Source: Basidioascus undulatus
Taxonomy: Eukaryota
DNA length: 34,831 nucleotides
NCBI GenBank assembly: GCA_000826855.1
Contig: JTLS01000070.1
Location: 1 to 34,831, forward strand
Reading direction: 5' to 3'
Shown: positions 1 through 12,000 of the stretch, piece after piece
How the letters are laid out: the number at the start of each line of letters is the position of its first letter
How positions within the stretch are numbered: the first letter of the stretch is position 1
Notes under the pieces: generated by a model
The model's input: only the letters and a program-made list of their open reading frames with translations
The model's database searches: none
What the model was told of the DNA's origin: nothing
Translations under genes and position numbers: made by a program

Positions 1-3000
1 TTCCACCTCCGAGCTCCAAGTCGGGCGCGCGCGCCTCGCCGTCCACCCCTCCGCGACGCCCACCAGCGCCGCGGGCAAGTCCAAGAAGCCGTTCGCGCTC
101 ACGCGCCCGTCGCTCAACCTCCTCGAAACGCTCGCCGTCCCCGTCCACCTCTCCGAGCCGCTCCTGCTCGTGGGCGAGACGGGCACGGGCAAGACGACGC
201 TCGTCTCGCACCTCGCGTCGCTCCTTAACCGGCCGCTCGTCTCCCTCAACCTCTCGCACCAGACCGAGTCGTCCGACCTCCTCGGCTCGTTCCGCCCGCT
301 CGACCCCCGAGCGGCCGCGGTGGAGATGCAGGCAGAGTTTGAGGCGCTTTTCGGGAGGACATTTGATGCGGGCAGGAACAAGGCGTTCGGGGAGGCGGTT
401 AGGAAGGCGTACTTGGGCGGGAAGTGGGAGAGGCTGGTTAAGGGATGGAGGGAGGCGAGGAGGATGGCGAAGGTTAAGGAGGAGAAGGAGAGGGCGAGGG
501 ATGCGTGAGTTACCTTTTCTTTCGCGGTCCGTGTTGGCACGGGCATGCTGCTGACGAGCTTGGTGGGATCACAGGGAGAATGCTAGCCAAGCGGATGGGC
601 CGCGCAAGAAGCGTCGCACAGAGTTGACTCCGCCGTCCAATGCGTGCGTGTCTGTAGTTTTCTTCTTTACTGTAGAACACGTAACTGATAGCTTAAACTC
701 TACAGCGAGCGCGAGCAAGTCTACGCGGCGTGGGCCGGCTTCGAGGCGAAGGTCACCGACTTCGAGGCGCAGCACGTCTCCACCGGCAAGGGCAAGGGGC
801 GCTTCGTGTTCAGCTTCGTTGAGGGTCCGCTGGTGACAGCGCTGCGGCGCGGTGACTGGTGCGTCCTTTTTCTCTTCTCAGCAGCTAAGATGGAACTCGT
901 GCTTAGCCGACGTCATATTGCAGGATTCTCCTAGACGAAGTCAACCTCGCCTCGCCCGAGACGCTGGAGTGTCTGTCCTCTCTCCTCGCCGGCCCAGACG
1001 CCTCGATTGTCCTCACCGAGCGCGGCGACCTCACCCCCGTCCCTCGACACCCCGACTTCCGCCTTTTCGCGTGCATGAACCCCGCGACGGACGTCGGGAA
1101 GAAGGACCTCCCGCCGAACCTTCGCTCGCGCTTCACCGAGGTCTACGTCCCACCGCCCGACAACGACCGCGACGCGCTCGTCGCGATCGTGACGCAGTAC
1201 ATCGGCCCGCACGCGTCCGGCGACCGCGCTGCGATCCTCGATGTCGCCGAGCTCTACACGGCCATCAAGACGCTCGCCGAGCGCCGCGAGCTCGCGGACG
1301 GGAGCAACCAGCGCCCGCACTTCAGCATGCGCACACTCGCGCGCGCGCTCACGTTCGCCGCGGACGTCGCGCCCGTGTACGGCCTGCGGCGCGCGCTCTG
1401 GGAGGGCTGGCTCATGGCGTTCACGATGCTCCTCGACGAGAAGAGCGGCAAGGTCGTGCGCGCGCTCGTGGAGAAGCACATCATCCAGGGCGCCAAGAAC
1501 CCGCGCGCGGTCCTCTCCCAGGCGCCCGTCACGCCGTCAGGCGAGGGGTTCCTCGGCTTCGGGCACTTCTGGCTGGAGCGCGGGCCCGAGCCGCTCGACG
1601 CCGCGGAGGACTACGTCCTTACGCCGTCGGTGCAGGCCAAGCTCATCGACCTCGCCCGCGTCGTTCTCACCCGCCGTTTCCCCGTCCTCATCCAAGGCCC
1701 GACGTCCGCCGGTAAGACGTCCGCCGTCGAGTACCTCGCGCGTCGAACAGGCCACCGCTTTGTTCGGATTAACAACCACGAGCACACCGATGTATGTCTT
1801 CTTTTGCCCGTTCATCGCGGTCTCAGCACGCACGCTGACTTTTACATGTTCCCGTCCATAGATCCAGGAATACCTCGGCACGTACGTCTCCGACCCGGAG
1901 ACGGGCAAGTTCGAGTTCCAAGAGGGCGTACTTGTGCGCGCGCTGCGCCGCGGCGACTGGATCGTCCTCGACGAGCTGAACCTGGCGCCGACGGACGTGC
2001 TCGAAGCGCTCAACCGACTTCTCGACGACAACCGCGAGCTCGTCATCCCCGAGACGGGCGAGGTCGTCCGGCCGCATCCGCACTTCATGCTGTTCGCGAC
2101 GCAGAACCCGCCGGGCCTCTACGCGGGGCGCAAGGTCCTCTCGCGCGCGTTCCGCAACCGCTTCCTCGAGGTCCACTTCGAGGACGTCCCACAGGCCGAG
2201 CTCGAGACCATCCTCTGTCAGCGCTGCCGCATCGCGCCCTCGTACGCGTCCAAGATCGTCGCCGTCTTTCGCGAGCTCCAGAAGCGCCGCCAAGCCGAGC
2301 GCGTCTTCGAGAACAAGCAGAGCTTCGCCACGCTCCGAGACCTCTTCCGCTGGGCTGGGCGCGACGCGATCGGGTATCAGCAGCTCGCGGAGAACGGGTA
2401 CATGCTCCTCGCGGAGCGTGCCCGTCGCCCGGACGACCAAGCCGTCGTGCGCGAGGTCATCGAGGACGTCATGAAGGTCTCCATCGACGAGGCGTCGCTC
2501 TACACGATCCTCGGTCTCGACCAGGCGACGCTCACCGCCAAGATCGGTTGCGGTCTCCCCCCTCCCTCCCCCGATTCGCCGCCCATCGTTTGGACCAAGA
2601 TGATGCAGCGCCTCTTCGCCCTCGTCGCCAGCGCGCTCCGCTACAACGAGCCCGTCCTCCTCGTCGGCGAGACGGGAACGGGCAAGACGTCGGTCTGCCA
2701 GGTGCTCGCGGACGCGCTCGGGCGCTCGCTCCGCTCCATCTCGTGCCACCAGAACACCGAGACGGCCGATCTGCTTGGCGGACAGCGTCCGATCCGGAAC
2801 CGCTCCGCGATCCAGAGCGCGCTCATCGCCGACGCCGCCGCCTTCCTCCGCGAGGCTGGGTTCCCGCTCGAGTTGGAGATCGGCGACCTCGACACGCTCG
2901 CTGCCGTCCTCGAACAGGCGCTCGCCGCGCAAGACCCACCCGCCGACTTCCGCTCGACCGTCCGCGGCTTCCAGCGGCGGATGAAGCAGGCTACCGCACT

Positions 3001-6000
3001 GTTTGAGTGGCACGATGGACCGCTTGTCGAGGCGATGCGCCAAGGCGACATCGTTCTGCTCGACGAGATCTCGCTCGCGGACGACGCCGTGCTCGAGCGT
3101 CTCAACAGCGTGCTCGAGCCCTCACGCTCGCTCGTTCTCGCCGAGAAGGGCGGCCGCGACGTCGACCACATCCAGGTCGTCGGCGCGCCCGGGTTCGAGA
3201 TCATCGCGACCATGAACCCCGGCGGCGACTACGGCAAGAAGGAGCTCTCCCCCGCGCTGCGCAACCGCTTCACGGAGATCTGGGTGCCTGCGCTCAATGA
3301 CCGCGCCGACCTCGAGACGATCCTCGAGAGCGCATGGACGGAAGACGCGCTTCGCGGACTGTCTGGCAAGATCCTCGATTTTGCGGAGTGGTTCACGGCG
3401 AGGTCGTTTGGCGGCGGCGGCATCTCGACGATCAACATCGGCTTGCGCGATTTCCTCGCGTGGTCGTCGTTCATCAAGTCCGTCTTCCCGAGGATACCGG
3501 TGCAGCACGCCTTGACGTTAGTATCGTTCCCGCCTTTCGTTTCCTTTCGTGCCCCGGTCCTGACAGCTATTCTTCCTATTTAGGCACGGCGCCGCGATGA
3601 GCATCGTCGACAGTCTGCAGCAGCCGGCGCAAGTCGAGTGCTTCACCAAGCTGGCCGAGCTCGCGGAGATCCCCGCGTCCCTCGCCGAGGACGCCCCGCT
3701 CGAGGTCGTCAGCAACGAGAACGTCTTCGCAATCGGCGACTTCGCAGTCCCGAAGGGCCCCCATCCCGTCCCCGACAGCCAGTTCAGTCTCCTCGCTCCG
3801 ACGACGCGCAAGAACGCGATGCGCGTCCTTCGCGCGCTGCAAGTCCCCAAGCCGATCTTGCTCGAGGGCAGCCCTGGCGTCGGCAAGACCAGTCTCGTCT
3901 CGGCGCTCGCTGACGCGTCCGGCCGGCGCCTCGTCCGCATCAACCTCTCGGATCAGACGGACCTCATGGACCTCTTCGGCTCGGACCTGCCCGTCGAGGG
4001 CGGCAAGGCGGGCGAGTTTGCGTGGCGCGACGCTGCGTTCTTGTCCGCAATGCAAGCGGGAGACTGGGTCCTGCTCGACGAGATGAACCTCGCATCGCAG
4101 GTATGTTTTGTTGCCACTTCATCTATCGAGACTTGGCCGACTGACCACCGTCCATCCAGGCTGTACTTGAGGGCCTCAACGCCGTGCTCGACCATCGCGG
4201 GTCCGTCTACCTGCCCGAGCTCGGCAAGTCGTTCGACAAGCACCCGGACTTCCGCGTGTTCGCAGCGCAGAACCCCGTCGCTCAAGGCGGCGGTCGCAAG
4301 GGGCTGCCTCAGAGTTTCCTTAACCGCTTCACCAAGGTCCGTAGCTTCTCCACTCTTCTCATCTTGTCCATCGTGCTGACATCCACGCCTTCATAGGTCT
4401 ACGTAACGGAGCTGCGTCCCGACGATCTTCTCCTCATCTGCCGACAGCTCTACCCGCTGTACCCTCCCGAACTTCTCGAGCGCATGATCGTCTTCAACAC
4501 GCGCATGCAGAACGAGATCGTCCTCGCCCGCAGCTTCGGATGCGAGGGTAGCCCGTGGGAGTTCAACTTGCGGGACCTCCTCCGCTGGCTCGCGCTTCTC
4601 CACAAATCGACAGGCCTCGAGCTCAACGAGCATCCAAGCGAGTACCTCGCGGCCATCTACCTCGACCGCCTCCGCACCGAGGACGATCGCCGCGCCGCCT
4701 GCGCCATCTTCGCCGACGTCTTCGGAGACGCTCCCGCGCCCGACCTCCAGCCGTGGACCACCGTCACGTCTCAGCGCGTCCAGGTCGGCCACACTCTCGC
4801 CCAGCGCCTGCCGACGTCGTTCCCGTCAGGCGCGCCGAACCTCGCCACCCTGCAGTCCGGCCTTCGTCCACTCGAAACGCTTGCGCGCTGCTTCGATCTC
4901 GGATGGCTCGTCATCTTGGCCGGCCCGGCCGCCTCCGGCAAGACGAGCCTCGTTCGTCACTTCGCTGCGCTTTCCGGCCGCCGGCTGCACGAGTTCGACA
5001 TGAACGCCGCGGTCGACACGATGGAGCTGCTCGGGAGCTTCGAGCAGGCCGACCCGCTTCGCGCTTTGCGAGACGTCCTAGACCGGCTCGTTGTCGAGCT
5101 TGATGCGGCGCGCGCCGCGGTCCTCCCGGGCGATCTGTGGGCGACGCTCGAGGCGCACAGCGCGTCGCTTGCCACCTCTCGGGCGGGCCTCGGCCTGAAG
5201 GGCACGACGCCGGCGACGACCGTACTCGCCTTTGCTCGCGAGGCGGTGGGAGATCTCGCCCGGATGCCTGTGCAGCCTAGCACGCTCGAGTCCCTGCGCG
5301 TCTCGCTCGACGCTGTGGCGGAGAACGCGCACCGCGCCAGCGCCGGTCGGTTCGAGTGGGTCGACGGCGTGCTCATCCGCGCCATGCAAGCCGGCGACTG
5401 GCTCCTCATCGACGATGCGAACCTCTGCAACCCTTCGGTCCTCGACCGGCTCAACTCCCTCTTCGAAACGAACGGCACACTGGTCCTCAGCGAGCGGGGC
5501 ATGGTCGGCGGCCAGGTCCAGGTCATTCGCCCGCATCCCGACTTCCGTCTCGTCATGGCGCTGGACCCTCGGAACGGCGAGCTCTCCCGCGCGATGCGCA
5601 ACCGCGGTATCGAGATCTCGCTTTCGCCGCTCTCGATCGCCGACCGCGAACGCGTACAAGCGCTGGCGCGCCTGCCCGCCGACCCGCTCCAGCCTCATCT
5701 CCCTGCCGCCGTCGCTTCCGTCGAGCAGGCTCGTCGTCAACTCGGCGAGCGCGCCGTCCCGGTCGCTGTCATCCCTTCTCCTGCTCGCATCCTCGCGTCC
5801 GACTCGTCTGTTGCTACTGAGGCATCGTTCGCCACGCCACTCGCGCTGGCCACGTCCGAGCTGCCCGCGTCCTCGCTCAAGATTGACGCAGCGATTATCC
5901 GCTTCGTCCAGTCGCTCCCGCCGACGCCGGCGCGGCTTGCGCTTGGCGCTCATCTCCTCAATGCGCTGCAGCTCGGCGAGGTCACGACGCGCGCGACCTT

Positions 6001-9000
6001 CGCCGTTCAGCAACTCGTGCAGCATCCCGTGCTCCAGATCCTCCGCAGCGCTCGCGACGAAGCGGCTCTAGTTGCGCAAGTTGAGTCTGGTTTCTTCGCT
6101 TCGCAGGTCAGTGCTGACTTTCCCTTTCTGTCCCCGAGGCACTCTGGAGGATCGGGGTTGGCGGAACGAGCGCTGAAGTACTTTTTTGTTACATATTGCT
6201 TTCAGCCCATGAATCTGCTTTTCAATCCGAATCTTGCGAAAGTCGACGCTGCTGCTTTCGCGGCCCTCGCGCGAGCAGTCGAAGTTCTGGTCCGGCAACT
6301 CCTCGCCGACCACGACGCGAACGAGCGACTCCGAGACGCGGCCCGCAAGCCCATCAAGTCGCTATCGGTCCTCGAAAAAGCTACGCTCCTCAGAGCTGGC
6401 CGCACTCTCGCCAGTGGCGTCGACGGAGGCGCGACAGCCATCTCGACCATGCTCACTGCGACGCGGACGTTCCTGCATGCTGTCTGCGGAGCAGGGCTTG
6501 CAAGTGCTCCTCAAGCGGCAGAGGTGGGCATTGTTTTGTTCTTCTTGCGTGGCGACGTGCGGCTCATTCGGAAGAGATGTCGCAGCCTCTGTTGGTGCTC
6601 GCGTACGTCGCGTGGGAGCTTGCGCGCGAGCTCGAAGACGCGAGCAGGACGGCCGACTTCGACTACTCGACGGTCCGCGTCATACTCGACTCTTACCAAG
6701 ACGCGCTCGAGAGTGCTCCTGTCGCCGAGCGCGCTGTCGACGAGCTGCGCCAGACCGTTGGCGGTCTGAGGGAGACCGTTACCCTCACCTCCGGCCATGG
6801 CCTGCGCGAGATCTGGGCGGCTTTCCTTCCCGCTGCCACGTCTCCGGAAGCCGTCACGCTCGGCAAGCAGCTGAGGCGATTCGGGGCGGACGTTCCTTCT
6901 CGTACGCTTCACCGAACCCACTGATCAGCAAGGCTCTGTCGCTGACGTTGCCTGCAAAACAGAGCTTCGTGCGAGCTTCCTCGAGATCCTCGCCTCACTT
7001 GGCTTGCCGAGCATCGCGGAGCAAGTCATCCCCCTCGCTCAAGAGCTTTCACACGTCAGTATGCGCCAAAACGTTGCCCTCCTTCCTTTTAGGCTGATGT
7101 AATCGCTTAACACAGAAACTCGACTCGGCGACTGCGGGCGATCTCGTGGATGGCAAGGCAGTTCAAGACGTCGCCTTGTCGTCCATCCTGGAAACGGTCG
7201 TCCTTGCATCGCTCGTCCAACCCGGTTCCCTCCCAGCACAAGTGCGTTCACCCGTGCATTTTGTGTCGTTTGCGTTGTTGTCTAATGTCGATAACAGCTT
7301 TCCGGCAAGGTCCTTTTCCAACGACTCCTACCGGGTTCACCCGACGTCCGATCCTTGGTCGGATTGCAGCAGGCGTTGTGGTCGGTAGATGCGGGTTGGT
7401 TAACGGTCCTTATCCTCCCTCTTGACGTACCTTGACTGACCGCGGGAGAATCTGTAGGCCTCACGTCGCTGCCGCGTTATGCGTTCGCTGAAGCAGCATT
7501 GAGCTGGCTTGAACGGGCGTGGGCTTCTGAGCGCGTACGCCCATCACTCTTTGACTTCCCTCCTTCCTTTGTGCTTATTCGTTGTTGATCAATAGGGAGA
7601 CAATGTCTTCGTTGGCCCTGCTGATCTCTTCCGGCCGGCGCTGATGAGAGGGATCACGGCGCACTCGTGAGCCGCCTCCTCGTTCGTTGACAGTTCTCGT
7701 GCTCACCAACGTGCTCTACAGTGACGTAAAGATTCGTCGGAGCCTACGGGAGCTCGACACTTTCCAACAGAGCGTACAGCAAGATTCAAAGCTTCTCGCG
7801 GTCCTCGCACGCGGTCCTCGCGTCTCTCGCAGTCAGGCAGTACGGAATATCATTGTCGCGGCTGTGCGGTCGGTAAGTTGCTGTCAGACTTGCGCAATGG
7901 TTGATATGCTAAGTTCCCAAACTTCAGGTTGTCGAGTCTTTCGCCTCTTCCTTCGCTGCGGACGAGCACGACATAGCCGCGGCGTTCGCTCCTGGGCAAG
8001 GCGGTCGTCTCGACGTCGACGCGATCGCTGGCCTGCTGCTGTCGTCCGAGCACCCGCAGTTCCGCCAAGCCGCTTCCGAAGTCTTCGTTCCGGCCTTACA
8101 AGGCGTGTCCGAATCGTCCGTCAAACTCGCTGCGCTGGGGCGCGCTGGGGTCGACATCGCCGTCGCTTGTCTCCGCCTCTATCTCCCCAATCTGGCCATC
8201 GACCCGGCTGTCGCAGCACGCGCGCGCGCCGGACTCGCCCGGCATCGCGAAGAGCGTCTTCGCGCCGAGATCTGGGTCGCCGAGCAGGCCGAGCGCGCCA
8301 TCACCGGCAACGACGCCAGTCCCATCCTGCTCAGCCTGCGAGCACGCCTTGCCGAGCTCAAGGCCGCGGAAGCGCCCGGCGACGCGCTCTCGGCGGTGCG
8401 CGACACGGACCTTCAGCTCCTCACCGCCATGTATCAGGAGCTCCAGCACTTCTTGGGCGAGTTGTTCAAGGGAGATAAGCTCGCCGCTCTCATTTCGCGC
8501 ATCGAGCGCGGCGTGGATGCCCAGTGCCTCTCTCAGGAGCAGACGGTGCAGCAGACGATCTCGGGATTCCTTCAGCGCCTCGGCCGCGCGTACGGCTTGT
8601 TCGACGATATCCTGCTCCCATTGCGATTGTTCCTCCACATGCTCAAGCTCGGCCTTCGCACTTTCGCTCAGGCGCACCGGCTCGACGAAGCGCCCCCACT
8701 CGCCACCCTCGTCAACGACCTAGCCGGGTTCCCATCGGTCGCTGCGGCTCGCTCGCTCGCTTCGGCTGAACTTCCTACTCAGCCGATAGAAGGCTCCACG
8801 CCAGCCCCGCCCGCGCACCTCCTCCTCCTCGCTGTTTCCGCCGCCGCGTTCGAAGTCGCGAGCGGCGCCGCGCTGGCCGCCCACGTACCTCATCTCGACC
8901 GCGTTTACGGCCAGCTCTACCATCTTTGGGCTGTCGATCGTGAGCGCGAGCGTATCGCGCAGGAGGAGGAGCAGAGCCTCTACAAGCAGCGCAAACAGGA

Positions 9001-12000
9001 CGAGTCCGTCCTCAGCGACGTCGAGGCGGAGGAAGCAGACTTACGGTCCATCTTCCCCGAGTTCGGCGACGTCCTGGACGGCGGCGCGGCCGCTGCGGGC
9101 AAGGGCACGTCGAGCTCGAAGAAATCAACCCTCGTCGGTCAGCTCGATGGCGCCGCTCTTCACCACCTGCACAACGCGTTGTTCGCCGCCGGACTGAATG
9201 AGCGCTCGGCTTCGGCAGACGAGGCGCGTCGCGTCTTCCGCGCTCGCGGGCAGGCGGTGCTCAGCGACTCCGTCGCCTCGCTCTACTCGGGGCTGTCTGA
9301 GACGCTCGACGCGCAAAGCCTCCCGCTACTGGTCTCGATGGCCGCTCGACTCGACCGGCAGGACGGCGACGACAGCGACCACCTTGGCGTATCTGGCGTT
9401 CGCGACTTCTACAAGGTTTGTTCGTTTCACTTCATAAAGCTCTCTTGCTGCCGGAGGGCTAATCCAATTGCTCTTAAATATAGGACGCGAACATCCCGGA
9501 GATTCGGAAAGCGCTGCCCATCCTAACCGACCTCTCGGCGCGGCTCGAGCAGCTGTTCCGCGACTGGCCGGAGCAGATCATACTCCAGCACCTGAACGAG
9601 CGCTGCCAGGCGATCCTCGCTCTCGACGTACGGACGTCGCCCGCCATGATGCTGTCCGCGCTCGAGCAACTCCTCCTGCACACCGAAGACTGGGAGAGCT
9701 ACGCCAGCCGCGAGACGACGCTCAAGCCTCAGCGGGACGCGATCACCAACCTCATCGTCGAATGGCGTCGCCTCGAGCTCGCTTGTTGGGCGCAGCTTCT
9801 CGAGCACCAGGCTCACGTGTTCGAGGCGAATGTTTCGGCGTGGTGGTTCCGCCTGTACGAGGCGGTCGTGCGTGGCGTCGAGGCCGCCGCGGCGTCCGAG
9901 GCGGACGCGCTCGCCGCGCACCTCAAGTCCCTCGTCGAGCTCCTGGACCGGTTCCTTCTCACCAGTCCCGCCGGGCAGTACTCTGCCCGACTCGCAGTTC
10001 TAGTCTCGTTCGGCCGCTTCCTCCATTTCCTCGCGCCGCACAAGCCCGACCACGTTTCGCGCGCGTTCGCCGATACCGCACGCCTTCTCCACGGCGTCGT
10101 GTCGTTCTACCGCCAGTTCGAACCGCAGGTCCTCGAGTCCCTCAAGCGACAGCGCGCGGCGCTCGAGAAGAACATCCAGGACTGGATCAAGCTCGCGAGC
10201 TGGAAGGACATCAACGTCTACGCGCTCAGGGCGAGCGCCCAGAAGACGCATCGGCAGCTTCACAAGAGCATCCGCAAGTTCCGCGAGATCCTCGAACAGC
10301 CGGTCGAACCTCTCCTCGCATTCCCCCCCGATTCGACTCCCTCCATCTCCCACTCCCCGATCGACGTCCTCCACCAACCGCTCTCCACGCCAACCGACAT
10401 GGCGCCTCTCTCGCCATCCTCACGCCCGCCCGCAGACTTCCCGAAACACCTCCTCAACCTACCGTCCACTTTCGCTCGTCTCCGAGATGTCGTCGCCAGC
10501 GCCCGCGCCGATGACGAAGTCGGGCGACCGCTCGAAGAGCTCGCAACCGCGATCGTCACCACCTCGAAGGCGCTCGCCGCAGAGACGCCCGCGCTCGCTT
10601 CGGACGAGAACAAGGGCGTCGTCAAGAACCTCGGTATGCGCAAGAAGAAGGCCTGGACGGACCTGTTGAAGGAGCTCAAGCGCATCGGCTTGGCCGCCAA
10701 CCTCAAGCCCGAGGCGGCCGCGGCGCTTCGCGATACGGCAGGCCTGTTTCAACTTCCGGCGCTCTCGTCGATCCAGGCGGAGCCATCGTCCGCGCTGCCG
10801 CTCGACATGATGGACCTCCTCGGACGCGCGGAAGCCTACCATTACCGCCTTCTCGCAGTCCTCCCGCGACTGCGCACCTCGCTCGCCTCTCACGATGCCG
10901 ACATCTCTACTCGTGATCTTCAGCGCGCTGTCAACTTCGTCGAGAGCGGTATGCTGATCGCTATTGCTGGTCGTACTCGGTGAGCCGTGATTTCGGGTGA
11001 TCTGTGCTGCAATTCCGGCTGACAACGCACGGTGTCCAGGCTTGCCTCCGCTGTGACGACCTTCAAGAGCCTGCGTTCCGTCGTCGATCGTCTCGCCTCT
11101 ACCTACTCCACCGAAGAGTCCGCTGTTCTCGCTCGCGGCGCTCACTCGCTCAAAGCGGCGGTCATCGGCCTGTACAAAGCGCTCCGCCAGGTCTCCGAAG
11201 CGGCAGCAGAGATGCAGTTCGCGGTCACGGACTACAGCGCTATCGCCGCCTCGCAAGTTTCGTCCGACGCGGCGGTAGCCTCGTCCCGCCTCGTCGAGCT
11301 GCGCGCGCACGTAGCAGATCAAGCCGCGGCGCTCGCTCCCCTCGTGATGGCGTTGCAGAAGGAGCAAGAACATTTCCTCACGCAAGGTGTGCTACATTGC
11401 GCTTCTTGTGTTGCTCAAAGATTGCTGATGCAATCGCATTGCAGGCGAGCTGCAGCTCGTCCGTGTGGCGCAGGACGAGCTGCCTGCAACGCGCTCCTCG
11501 CTCGACGAGCTTGCACGTCACGCACCCGAACTAGCGTTCATCTTCCAACCGGCGATATCTTGGCTCGATGACGTGATTCGCGAACTCGGCGCATTCGCCG
11601 GCAGGTCGCAGACGCGGACCGTCGAGGAGGTCTGGATCCAGAGCGACCGCATCATCAACTCCGTTCTCGTCATTGCACAGAAGCTGCCTAAGGCTTCGTC
11701 GGGTGAGCGATATCGCTACTACAACCCACGTTCTTCCATGATACTCACCCAAGTCTTTCAGGCGTTGACTCTCTGGACGCAGAGCTGCGCGATAGCCACG
11801 TCACCGATCAAGATCGCGCCCTACGCGAAGCGACGGCTGCTCTCCAGCTCGAGCCGCTCCTTGAGGACGTTACCTCTTTCCTCTCCGCCATCGCCAGAGC
11901 GTCCGCTGCGGACGCTTCCGACCTCCCCTCGCTTTCCGCCGCCGCTCGACGCGTTTTCCCATTCCTCGCGGAGTTCACATCCCTCGCCGAACGCCAGCTC

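Noticed and set aside
170..5620. Tandem AAA ORFs plus a vWA domain suggesting a MoxR/McrB-like multi-gene system
   Set aside because: All segments are joined in frame by spliceosomal introns into a single midasin gene.
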